Shown in pieces: positions 13,224 through 24,346 of a DNA stretch of 64,000 nucleotides. Position 1 is the stretch's first letter. Every line of letters begins with the position of its first letter. Position numbers and translations under genes: made by a program. The stretch comes from Fistulifera solaris (taxonomy: Eukaryota), in NCBI GenBank assembly GCA_030295235.1, contig AP026164.1, positions 868,001 through 932,000 on the forward strand. The letters are read 5' to 3'. The notes under the pieces are model-generated. The model ran no database searches, was not told the origin of the DNA, and saw nothing but the letters and a program-made list of their open reading frames with translations.

Positions 13224-15686
13224 TCATTGTGTACGCGGACCTGTTCTTCGCTGAGTCGTGGTAGCATCTCGACTCCATTCAGACGGTAGCCTGTCTAAGA
13301 GCAACGCTTTAGGAGGGCTGCGATTCCATCGTAATCCGATTCTTTTGTCGTAGTCGCCTTCGACAGCTCTGAGCTCGTCGTCTCTCACATTGATAATCGT
13401 CTGCGCAAAGTCATGGGACAAACCAAAAAGGCGTTTCAAAGATTTCAGTGGAAGCATAGCCACAACCTGCCACACCATTTCCTGTGTTAGCAAACCGTTT
13501 GCACAACACTCGTCGAAAAGACCTTCCACAACCTCAACGTGCTGCTCGTCCAAATTGACCAACTGTGTCCTGAGAACTTCAGTGATCAAGTAAAAGGATC
13601 TTGCATTGCGTTTTCCATAACGAAAGGTGTCGATAGCGGTGTTGTATGCATGGAGTCGGTCTTCAATTGTAGACTGTGGCCGGCAGCAAGTTTCGAGTAC
13701 ATAGTTGCAAGGAAATGCCGACACCTTGCCAGTTAGTTCGTTTAGCTTCACTAACAAGGCCGATGCGCGAGTAACTGGATTTAGCTGAGAATCGGCACCC
13801 AGCTTTTGAGTACACCACGCTTGTATCGCAAGCGCAAAGAGACCATTGTAGTTGTCAGCGCATACTCCTTTCTTGATTGTCCATCTCAACAAATTCTCGC
13901 AATGCTCTGCTGGATATAGTTCGCCTGATAGGCCCTCATAGCGTCTGCCATCAGCGCATTTCTGAAGCCAGGAGGATAAAGCATATCTGAGATGGACTTC
14001 GCGTGGCTCAAAACGCTCACCTCGGCTCTCATAAAGTTCCATCAATTTCATAAAAAGAGACTCAGCTCGAAAAGCAGCGGTTGGATCAGAGGACCTCAAA
14101 AATCCCTTCATCGCAATAGCAAACGTTTGACCGGTCAGTTCCCGACTAGATGACGTGTTTTCAAGGGCCCGATAAAGCATTTTTTCAACCAAGAAAGGCG
14201 CCCCTTTATACTCAGAATCTAGAATTTCCGACATGGAAGCGTTAAGTTCGTATATTCTTGTGTACGGTGCATCAACAATCAATTGTAAAAGTTTCTTGAT
14301 TCGATCTTCCTTGTCTGTTGACTTGGAATCATCCCATGCTTTGATAAGACGAATAAGTGTGTCGCTACGTGGCCAGCAAGTTTTCCACAGGGCGCTCTTT
14401 CTTTCGTTTCTCTGGGCCAAGTCATACACTATCCTGTCAGCACGAAGTAAAGACGGATTCCGAGGTTCTGTTTTCGTGAGGGCGTCAACAAGAACGCCCG
14501 TGGCCCATGAGACATCGAGACCTTTTCTGATCATGGATACGATTTCTGACCGAGTCTCATGGAATATTCTTTGCAGCAACGCGTCAATTTCAGCAACGAA
14601 ACTCGACCGCAACGTTTGACCGGAGTAATTGATATACTTGCTGTACGCCTGAAGAATAGCATGATAGCTAAAGCTGTCCAGCAGGAATTCATAGTTTCCT
14701 GTTTTTTCATAATAACGATCCATTCTGGTGACGATGCCTTTTATCTGATTCAAAACCGTCGGATGCTTCGAGACACGAGACTTTGCAAAGGCAGACAACA
14801 CCATGTTAAAGCACGCACGGTCCGGATATTCTAATTGCGGTAGCTGAAAACTAGATTGAGCAAACGCAAGTTGACTAGCATCTTCTAGCTCTTGCAGGTA
14901 TTGAAGTGCTTTAGTGGGCCCTTCCGTAGCCCCAGATAATGCCCATGCCCGAATCACGCTTTTGTAGCATCTTCGGCACGGAACAGGCGAACGAAGTCGA
15001 TGATATGCATCCGAAAGGAAATATGACTTTTCTTTTGTGTACTCGGACTTCATCAAATTCAGAATATGTTCAGCTCGTTCAGCTGCTTCCTCCGACTTGA
15101 CTCCCGACCAAGCAATGATAGTGCGCACATACATCATCTGCGTCGGAAAAGGCAGATCCGACGATGGATCTGATACGACCTTTCTGTGCTCCTCTGGATC
15201 TGAAGGAAAGCGACTGAGACAGTTTAAAATGATTCGTTCCGCTAGCCTGGCACCTCTAATAGAGGGTGCAACCGGTGCCTCCGTCGTAGTTTCGGGAGTA
15301 TTTATCCCAGTATCGCACGCCCTTCTCATTAAGGGATGGAGCAGCGCGTAAACATCCCGTGTGGTCAGTGATTCCAGCGCATCAAGTTGTTTCACCACTT
15401 CTTCCAGCTCATCAATTGAAAGCACCTGTATTCGCGCGGCATCCATCTCAAAAATGGAGAGACTTTCCGTGCTATTGGACCGCTCGGCTTGTAGAAAAGT
15501 ACTGTAGCGAAAAGTATCCCTTGAGATTGGGGGAATGAAGAAAAAATCGCGAAAACGAGTAGTAGTGATTGCTGCATGATTTTCGTAGCCATTGCTTGAT
15601 GCAAGACATCTAAGAAAAACATGGCACCTTGAAATCTTCGTGACCGATTTCGTATAGAGTCTAGATGCCAACATAGTTGGTACCAT
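13224..15686 (-). CDS. Pentatricopeptide-repeat-like helical protein, probably mitochondrion-targeted
   Basis: Degenerate PPR units (PCRRCYKSVIRAWA, PDRACFNMVLSAFAKS, LDSFSYHAILQAYS) with AERAEHILNLM linkers. R/S-rich N-terminus resembles a mitochondrial presequence. Confidence 0.75.
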   Translation of the reverse strand: MVPTMLASRLYTKSVTKISRCHVFLRCLASSNGYENHAAITTTRFRDFFFIPPISRDTFRYSTFLQAERSNSTESLSIFEMDAARIQVLSIDELEEVVKQLDALESLTTRDVYALLHPLMRRACDTGINTPETTTEAPVAPSIRGARLAERIILNCLSRFPSDPEEHRKVVSDPSSDLPFPTQMMYVRTIIAWSGVKSEEAAERAEHILNLMKSEYTKEKSYFLSDAYHRLRSPVPCRRCYKSVIRAWALSGATEGPTKALQYLQELEDASQLAFAQSSFQLPQLEYPDRACFNMVLSAFAKSRVSKHPTVLNQIKGIVTRMDRYYEKTGNYEFLLDSFSYHAILQAYSKYINYSGQTLRSSFVAEIDALLQRIFHETRSEIVSMIRKGLDVSWATGVLVDALTKTEPRNPSLLRADRIVYDLAQRNERKSALWKTCWPRSDTLIRLIKAWDDSKSTDKEDRIKKLLQLIVDAPYTRIYELNASMSEILDSEYKGAPFLVEKMLYRALENTSSSRELTGQTFAIAMKGFLRSSDPTAAFRAESLFMKLMELYESRGERFEPREVHLRYALSSWLQKCADGRRYEGLSGELYPAEHCENLLRWTIKKGVCADNYNGLFALAIQAWCTQKLGADSQLNPVTRASALLVKLNELTGKVSAFPCNYVLETCCRPQSTIEDRLHAYNTAIDTFRYGKRNARSFYLITEVLRTQLVNLDEQHVEVVEGLFDECCANGLLTQEMVWQVVAMLPLKSLKRLFGLSHDFAQTIINVRDDELRAVEGDYDKRIGLRWNRSPPKALLLDRLPSEWSRDATTTQRRTGPRTQ

Positions 15687-16513
15687 GCTTTCAAAACCGT
15701 TAATCTGCCCACTTGAGAAGGAGAAACATTTAGTAATTTCGAAGGAAGATTGCAATGAAAGGAAAGCTGTCAATATCAGCCACCTTCTTTAGATGCCAGT
15801 TACTCCGTAGCAATAATTATGTTGCAACTAAGAGCAGTCACTACCACCGCACCGGAAATGGCAAAAACTTGTTTTTGCAACAACCAAAAACCTCTTTTTT
15901 CGTGCACAGCACAAGCTCCGGGACTCGATTATACACGAACTCCCACCATCCATTACCTTTCTCTAAGTACTGAAACCATGACTAAGACGAAAACATCTTC
16001 TGGGATGAAACCGAATCAAACTTTGCTTTTCGCTTCATATCGAACCCGTTAGTGGCCACGATTTCAATTTATTTAGCACTGCTACTTGCAATAATTTACT
16101 ATACTGAACCCGTTGAAATCGTTTTGGCGGTGGTCGAATATGTCAGTGCGAGGACTTTAGTTTCCGATTGTACTTGACGCTGAACCGTTGAAGATTGGAT
16201 GCAGTTTTTATTCCGCAAAAGTTGTTTCGCCTAGTGACGCGTTTGTTTCTATATCATAAAAGCAGAGCTAATTTCATTTACTCACTGAATGGAACAGGTT
16301 CTGTATTTAACGGATTTACCAAAAGACATCTTCCAGAGGTTGACATCAAGACTTTGTTTTTTCGTCAGTTCCATTTTTCCCATTCATTTTCATTTTGTTT
16401 TTTCCTACAAGGTGTCAACAAACGTATAATAGAAGCTACTTTGTTTGTTAATAGCAGAAGACATTATTCCCTCAACAGGTCTCTTCGTGTTATTAAAAAC
16501 TACCCTGGCAACA

Positions 16514-18073
16514 ATGAGCGGCGGCGAAATAATTTTCATAAAAGAAGGCTGGCTCCATCCATGTGTACTTTACGCATATCTGGCGGTTGAATTCATATTC
16601 TTTTGATATTCAAATTCTTTTTGGTTCCAAAGGCAAATATTCGAACACAGGCCCAACCGTATCGAGACTACGGAAACGACAGGCACAAGCTATTGGAACG
16701 AGTTTTGAATCGATTATCACTTATCTGCAAAAAGACTGGCCGATGCCCTCAAAAAGAAGCTCAAAAATTTCTTCACAACTGGTTCCGACCCATCTCTTCG
16801 AAGGATGAAGTGGTCACCTCATCCCCAACGCGACCCTTTTCCGCGCCTCTGCCGCTGGAATCGATGTCAAGCACTGCCTCCGATAACGATACGGATTCTG
16901 TTTCATCGGTGGAGGACGATGAAGACTCAATAATTCGGTGCTCTAAACAAGGAATATCCTTCCCGGAAATGACTGTAGAAAACATTGGAAAGGACGAAGT
17001 TGATGAGTTCCTGGCGTGGTCACTCTTTGAAAAAGAGCCTGGCGACATGGTGGAGTGGGAGAAGGATGAGTTGGAAGTTTGCCATCTTCTTTTGCGACAA
17101 AAGCTCAATTTGGCCTTCGAACCCGGCAGATTAAATATTATGCGACCGCGTCGTTTGTCAAAAGAGGACGTCGATACCCTTCATCGACCGCTTGTAATTT
17201 ACTTGTTAGTTGCCCTCTTCAAAGCACTCGCTGGCCTTTTGCTGATGGCATTCGGATTCCGAAAAATTGTGTCAAAGACTGGAGTTGTGGCGTGGTTTCG
17301 TCCAGCTCGTCACGCAAATGCGAAACAGCTAATGCCGCGTCTTTTTCTTTCACGGGGTTGCACCGGGTGGAGTGAGCATGTACCTTCCCTTTGCTTTTAG
17401 CCTGGTCAGTGACGGCCGCGCATCATTCTTGTTCGAGAATCCCAATATATCGTGCACCATAGGCTTCCGAGCGCTCACCGAAATTGAGTACGTAAAAGGG
17501 ATCGTGGAGGTTGTCAATCGATCTGTGGGGGACAGAAATCTGTCCATTGTCGGACACTCTTTCGGATCGGTACCACTTACTTGGATGATCCGCTCCTCTG
17601 AATTGAAGGATCGAGTGCACCAAATGGTCCTCCTTGATCCCGTCACGATCATGTTGAGCGAGCCCGATGTAATGGTTAGCTTCCTGTACAAGACTGGAAT
17701 CAGTTTGATCAGAATGGTGGCAGGCTCGGAGCTTTTCACTATCTACTACTTGCGTCGACATTTTGCATGGTATAACAGCGAACTCTGGTTGGAAGATATT
17801 CCCGAACACACGCAGACCGTCGTCGCTCTGTCTCAAAAGGATGAGATCGTCAACGCTGAGAAAGTACGAGAGTATGTGGAGCTCGGTTTCAGTGGAAAGC
17901 TCGATCTCTTGTTCTGGAACGGCGCTAGTCATGGAAAATGTGTGTATACTCCATCCAAATGGAGGGAATTAAAGCAAGTGATGAACAGGCAAGAATCTTC
18001 AATTGTAAAAAGCATTGACCAAAGTGAAGATTTTGGATCATACTTGGATTGTTATTCACAACTCGAAGATTAG
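16514..18073 (+). CDS. Membrane-associated alpha/beta-hydrolase (paralogue 1)
   Basis: ATG at 16514 (MSGGEIIF...LYAYLAVEF) joins ORFs 16603-17400 and 17372-18073 across T-run frameshifts. Nucleophile motif GHSFG, plus LLDPV, D-E-I-V-N and a C-terminal HG. Collinear with the gene at 19538. Confidence 0.85.
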
Positions 18074-18143
18074 AATGTTTCATGTGAATAAATAATGTTG
18101 TAGATGTATTCATACAGTTGATTTTTGAAAACAAGATCCAACC

Positions 18144-18875
18144 CTAATATAATGGACCTAGAACATACCGGGGGTCTGGATAGTCAACCAACGCCATTGC
18201 TCTATCATTCAAGGATACAGCACCTGGCATGTCATGGGTATCTGGGGCCTTTATCGCTAGTTGAAAGTGAACATGCGGAAAGAACCAGCCGCCGTTTTCG
18301 AAAAAGTCTCCTATACTCCCAATTCGTTCTCCTGCGACCACATGCTGTCCAACTTCCCGTCTTTCAATGCTATCGGCCGATAGATGACCATACAAGGCAT
18401 AAACTTGGCGATTCTTTGGTAAGTCATGACAAATCACCATCACATGCCCATAATCGCCAAGTGCTGCATTGTAGCCGACCGCATGAATTGTTCCATTTGT
18501 GAGAGAATAAACCGGCGTTCCTACGGGACCTTCTAAATCAATCCCCACATGTATAGTTCTTCTTCCTTGATAACCATCAATATTGTTCTCCAAATCGTTG
18601 AACAGCTCGGAGCTATACAATCCAACTCGATCTTCATCGTAACGCCCGACGGCGAAAGGCGGCGCTGGTGGGCGATCTGGACTCGTTCGTGTCTTTCGCT
18701 CGTCCTCGGTAGCCAGCTGTCTGTTCGCGACAGGCTTCGTTAAATCTAAGATCTCATAGCTCGAAGGAAACAGAACGACAGGATGAAATAATTTTTGGTC
18801 TTCCTCCGTCAAGTCAAGAGGATTGGGATAAGCACCAAAAGGACTCAACGGTGGAGGAACATGAGCATCCGACAT
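18144..18875 (-). CDS. Peptidase family M23 zinc metallopeptidase, bacterial type
   Basis: Intact intronless ORF with HVGID (HxxxD), YALYGHLS and PHVHFQ (HxH). No signal peptide. Confidence 0.9.
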   Translation of the reverse strand: MSDAHVPPPLSPFGAYPNPLDLTEEDQKLFHPVVLFPSSYEILDLTKPVANRQLATEDERKTRTSPDRPPAPPFAVGRYDEDRVGLYSSELFNDLENNIDGYQGRRTIHVGIDLEGPVGTPVYSLTNGTIHAVGYNAALGDYGHVMVICHDLPKNRQVYALYGHLSADSIERREVGQHVVAGERIGSIGDFFENGGWFFPHVHFQLAIKAPDTHDMPGAVSLNDRAMALVDYPDPRYVLGPLY

Positions 18876-19537
18876 GTTTACGTAGACTGCTGCAGGACTG
18901 CATGCGAATAACTGCCACGTAATGAATTTAGGTACCGTACCGGTACCGTAGTCGACTGAATGAAGAGCGAATCCTCATTATTTTTTTGCTCCTTTCGTTT
19001 TCTTTCAACTCATGAACGAATCTCGTTTCCCTGTGAAATAAGCGTTCTCAGAATTTCTGAATGTATGAATAAAACCGTCTCCAGAATTTGACCGATTTTG
19101 CGGAAGACTATAAAATCAGCTCCTTCCGAATTTCTGGAAAACTTGCAGATTTTCTGTATCACCAAAATCAGCGTCTTCAGAATTTCTGGACGTATCGGTC
19201 ACTTTCTTGGCCTTACTGGTATGTGAAATTTGAACTTTGAACCGTCTTGGTTTGCGCTTACTTAACGACTAACGGGTAGAAACCGTTAAAAAGGCACGAC
19301 CGATCGGTTTTGCGAAAAATTTGGCACAACCAACCATAGAGTGGCCGGCAGAACAACGACTAGCGGAAGCGAGGGGGAGAATATTTGATCGACGTAATTG
19401 GCATCCGGACGAGAAAACATCAAGCCATCGACCAAGTATCACAAAGTTCTTTCTGACACCAATTTGTTTGTATTGAAAGATCTGACACTTTTGTGTTGCG
19501 CATTTGTTCTGTTTTGATCGCCTTATCTATCGTAGCG

Positions 19538-21094
19538 ATGATAAACGCCGCTTTCAATCTGATTGGAGAGAATGTTCTCTCGACTCTGCTCTACGTATAC
19601 TTGGCCATTGAAGTGACATTTTACTTCATTTACGACTTCTACTTCGTCCCAAAAGCCAACGAATGGGTTGAGCCGCAGCCCTACCGAGACTACGGTAAAG
19701 ACAGATGCCGTATAGTTGTTCGGATCTTGACACGGGTGGCCAAGTTGGCGCACTATCGTGGTCAGACGACACGAGAAGGCATCCGTGACTACATTCTCGG
19801 ATGTTACGACCCCATCACCATCACATCTTCTACGGCCGAGAAAGAGGACATTGTTACTTTCTTCAACGAAAAACCACTTTCCGAAATACCCGGCCTGCGG
19901 CGGTTGTCCACGGGCGCGACATCGTCGACTCTGTCGTCGAACTCGTCGCAGTCGTCGGCTGATTTGTGTAGTGATGACCAGAGCGAGAAAGAGGAAGACT
20001 CGCAGACCGCATCGACACGATGGACAATCCCGGAACTAGGCAGAGCTGATCTGGAACATCTTCTTTGCTGGGCTTGCTTTGGTAAAAAGAGAGAACGATT
20101 TCTAGAATGGGAGGAGCATGAATTGACAAGAACCGTCAACACTATCGAAGAACGCTACGGGCTCTATTTTACGCCTGGTTCTACCGGTCGGTTTAAGGCC
20201 CGCAATCTATCGTTGGATGATGGGAACTCGCTGCATCGTCCTCTTCTGGTGTACTTGATCGGGATGGTGTTTTATTTCCTCGGATCCTGTGTGTTGCGAA
20301 TGGCGGGCTTTCGTCGTACCGTCACATCGAACGGTCTGGTCGGATGGTATCGATCACCTCAAAATGATTCAGCAGCCAAGCAGTTGCCCTACATCTTCTT
20401 TCATGGAATAGCTCCTGGTTGTTTGTTCTTTTACACACCGGCACTTTTATTTGGTCTCTTTAACGACGGAAGAGCTCAATTTCTAATCGAACTTCCAAAT
20501 ATTACGTGGAGAATTGGGTTCCACGTGTTGAGCGAAACCGAGTTTGTCGAAGGAGTTGCCGAAGTTGTCAATTCATATTTGCCGGAAGATCAACCACTAT
20601 CTATAATCGGGCACTCGTTCGGCTCAGTCCCTATGACCTGGCTAATGCACGCGCCCGAGTTTCGCTCGAGAATAAGGCAGTACGCATTGTTGGATCCTGT
20701 CACTCTCAAACTCAGTGAAAAGGACATCATGGTCAACTTCCTGTACACCAAGAAGCTGAACCGAATTCGCGTCCTTGCTGGCTCGGAACTGTTTACGGAA
20801 TACTACCTAAGACGGCATTTTTTCTTCTTCAATAGCGAACTTTGGTTGGAAGACATTCCGGAGACCACACATTCTTTGATCTTCCTTAGCGAAAATGATG
20901 AAATTGTGAACGCACCTGATGTCAAGGAACTGATAGATTACCACCGCGAAGCATCACCTCAACAAAAGTTGCATTTGACGTATTGGGAGGGCGTGAATCA
21001 TGGACATTGGATCAGCAAGCCCGGTGAGTGGCGCAAAATAAAAGCGTTCCTTCTGGAACAAGAGCTCTCTATCTTACGGGAAACGCGACTGTGA
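19538..21094 (+). CDS. Membrane-associated alpha/beta-hydrolase (paralogue 2)
   Basis: Intact ORF with N-terminal TM, FFHG, GHSFG, LLDPV, NSELWLEDIPE, DEIVN and HG. Shares QPYRDYG and ELFTxYYLRRHF with the gene at 16514. Confidence 0.88.
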   Translation: MINAAFNLIGENVLSTLLYVYLAIEVTFYFIYDFYFVPKANEWVEPQPYRDYGKDRCRIVVRILTRVAKLAHYRGQTTREGIRDYILGCYDPITITSSTAEKEDIVTFFNEKPLSEIPGLRRLSTGATSSTLSSNSSQSSADLCSDDQSEKEEDSQTASTRWTIPELGRADLEHLLCWACFGKKRERFLEWEEHELTRTVNTIEERYGLYFTPGSTGRFKARNLSLDDGNSLHRPLLVYLIGMVFYFLGSCVLRMAGFRRTVTSNGLVGWYRSPQNDSAAKQLPYIFFHGIAPGCLFFYTPALLFGLFNDGRAQFLIELPNITWRIGFHVLSETEFVEGVAEVVNSYLPEDQPLSIIGHSFGSVPMTWLMHAPEFRSRIRQYALLDPVTLKLSEKDIMVNFLYTKKLNRIRVLAGSELFTEYYLRRHFFFFNSELWLEDIPETTHSLIFLSENDEIVNAPDVKELIDYHREASPQQKLHLTYWEGVNHGHWISKPGEWRKIKAFLLEQELSILRETRL

Positions 21095-21631
21095 TGGTCT
21101 CGCATTCAGCATTCACGCAAGATGTGCCCTTCGAATAATTGCTATTTATAAACTTGTTTCTTTGAATGAGATAATAATTTTGTGAAGTAAGCAGCTCATC
21201 ATGGTTAGCAGGTACTACAAGTCGAGCATCGATTGGAAGTTTGAAAATAATAGAGAGGAAACCTCATGAATGAACAATGAACAGTCTAGATCTAGATGGA
21301 GTCTAACCTGGTAGACTTTACCTGGTACAGTAGTAATGTCACATGTCACATGTCACGTGGTGTTTGTCTTCAAGTTACAGAGTAGAGAGTACGCACTACA
21401 AAGTACCGACACACGAGTCAACCCGCGACTCAATTTTTTTAGTACTGTACACAGTTTAATGTTAAAACCTGAGACCTGAGCCTAAGAAACCGAAAATAGT
21501 TTTTGTACTTTGTACTTGATTCATTACTGTTTACTGTCCTATTTATAGTTCATAGTTCTTAGCCAAATTGGGGAACTGAATAATCTTCATCCTTTATCCG
21601 TTTCTTTTTTTTGGATCCACAAAACGACGGA

Positions 21632-23769
21632 ATGATTGTTGAAAGAAATTTGATCTTGGTGTTGGTGCTATTCGCACCTCGTCTTACAGTCTCTCGTTTA
21701 GAGGGAGAAAGCCGAGGATTAAATTTGATAAATGCCTGTGGACAGGATTCGCCGGAAACGTGCGAATGCGACGATCTGAACGAATACACACTTGATACTT
21801 GCGACAAAGCAGGTCGTTGTGTCCACACCTGCATCGATGACGGTAACGCATGTACTTTTCAAAGCCCGGCAAACAACAACTGCGTGCCTCAACAAATCGG
21901 CTGTGATGCTGGAAACGAGTACATGTCCAGCACTTGCGACCCCACACAAGGATGTATCGCAAGTTGTATTGACGACGGCAATCTCTGTACCACGCAGAGT
22001 TTGGAAGTTGACAACTGTGTTCCTCAAGAAATCAACGCGGCTGATGTGTGCGACGATCGGAACGACGAAACCATTGACTCTTGCGTCCCTGAAGTTGGCT
22101 GCTCGCACATCTGTGATGACGGCAATGCGTGCACCAACGATACCTGGGATGATGCTAACGGAAAATGCGCTTTCAAAACTAAAATCTGTGACGATGAAAA
22201 TGTGTCGACACTTGATATTTGCTTACCCAGTGAAGGCGGCTGCAAGTTTCTTGATTTCTCTTCAATTGATCTTGATAGCTTTGAAGCTTTTTACGAAAAC
22301 AGTATTGCAAATTTGCCCGAGAATACTTACTTTTACGAAGACGAAACCTCTTTGACCGACGCTGACGTCGTATCTCTACTGAACTGGATCAACAAGAAGG
22401 TGGTACTGGCCAAAACCCCCTACTGCTATAAGCAGTCGTACGGTCGAGGAGTTGGGCAAGTATTGACGGCGTGTCCAAGCCCGAAAGAGAAAATTGGTGC
22501 TCTTTGTTATACCCCTTGTCGACCTGGGTATAGCCGCCAAGGAACTTTTGATTGCCAGCAAGAGTGCAAAGCGGGCTGGAGAGACGATGGTCTTTTCTGT
22601 CGCTTGGCAGAGTATGGCAGAGGTGCAGGGTGAGTCCAACACTACAGCAAGCCTGTTCCGAAAATCCAAGTTCTTGAAACTAACCTTTTTAAATTCGATA
22701 CATTCGACAGATACCCATGGCAGTTTGGCGACCCATTAAATGATTCCGGCATGTTTAGACGCTGCGAAGCTGATCATGGCCGAGGCAATTGCGAGAAGTG
22801 GGGTGCAGTCGTTTATCCAAAATGTAAGAAGAAACTCCAAGTTGTATACTCCAATATTGGTCGACACCATCTCAATGACTGCAATGGTTGACGCTTTTAG
22901 GTCGGTCCGGATATAGTCCCTTCGGATGCTGCATTTGCAGGCCTGTAGTCCCAAACTGTGCCGCTGAAGGCTACAACTCGCCTGGATTTGACCTGTCGTG
23001 TCCAGTGAAAATTGAGTTAGGTGATCCAACTCCTCTGATCTGTGCCAGCGGTTTAGAGCAGGACGGAGCTTTATGCTATCCGCCCTGTCAAGCAGGTTTT
23101 AATGGTATTGGACCCGTCTGTTGGCAAATTTGCGACGAAGGTGGCTTGGATTGCGGAGTCGGTTGCGCCGCAGACAGAGCTACCTGTGCTCTCTCAACGA
23201 TAGACATGATCCTGGGCCCTTTGATCTTGGCCGCCAATGTTGCGACCTTGGGACTAACTGCTGCTCCTGCCAATGCAGCAAGAACGGTTGTTATTGGTTC
23301 CAAAACAATCGCTTACAGCAACAATGTTGGCTATGCTATGTTGAATCTGGCCAAACTACTTCGAACTGTCAACATGCCCGACATTCCCGAAGGAGCAACT
23401 TTAATCAGACGGGCATGGCTTCACGGGGGAGCATACACCATAGTGAATGTGCGTTCTGTAGTGCACGGTGCGCTCACATTGTATTCATTTTTGTACGCTG
23501 AGCAGTTCGAGGAGCTGACAACTACAGCAATCAATGCGAAGTTGGATCAAGAACTCGACCCAAGAGACGCACTGTATATCAAGTCTGTCTGGGCAACTTT
23601 GCAGTTTGCTGAAATCCAGGCTGCTGAAGGATGGAATATCGCACAAAGCACTTTGGCTGTAGCGAGTTTAGTTGATGTCACGGGATTGACGGGCGCCATT
23701 GCAGCCTATGCGAATCCAATCTGCGTCGATGTTGTACCTTTCCAGACATCTGATGAAGTTTGCTTGTAA
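21632..23769 (+). CDS. Secreted cysteine-rich mosaic protein (DDGNxCT repeats, YGRGxG/CYPxC repeats, helical C-terminus)
   Basis: Hydrophobic N-terminus. Introns 22630-22710 and 22824-22900 join ORFs 21611 and 22888 in frame (YGRGAG|YPWQ...YPK|CRSGY). Confidence 0.8.
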
Positions 23770-24346
23770 TGCCCATTGCTTTTGAACGTCTGTGGGTTCG
23801 CGAGAAAGCCGACAATCAAATCGGTGTATACTCCCCTGGTGTCTTTCATGTATGTTATTTAGTGATATTTTTATTTCGTCTCTTTCAATGAGAGAAAACA
23901 GATTGCAAAGGATACGCCTACTATAGCAGACTCGCCTATGCATACTTTCTCCATTTCACAGCATCCTGCGTTGCGCAACCTTTCTTATTATAATTTCGCC
24001 TTCGTTTTTTGGTTGTCTGCCTTGCCATGAAGGGACAGAATGGGTAATGCTCATCGTGAGTCCTCGCGAGGCAACATTATTGTTTGGTTATGATGTATAA
24101 ATTAGTGTTGTAATTATTTACTCCAGTATTTTTCAAAAGGATCCTCGCTTGATTTCATTGATTAAGAATAAGGATTTCCCTCTTCGAACTGTCAACTGTC
24201 AACAGCATGCAGGCTCTCTAGAGAGACAGACACAGCGGCACCGCAGAAGTAACATATTGATGTTGTTCAAAATTAGCACCGTTGTGCTCCATGTTGAAGG
24301 TACATTCCGCCAAGTCCATATTCTATATTCATATACAATCACAGAC

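Noticed and set aside
18144..18875. M23 gene as bacterial contamination
   Set aside because: It is embedded between eukaryotic paralogues in a contig of intron-containing genes, with no operon context.
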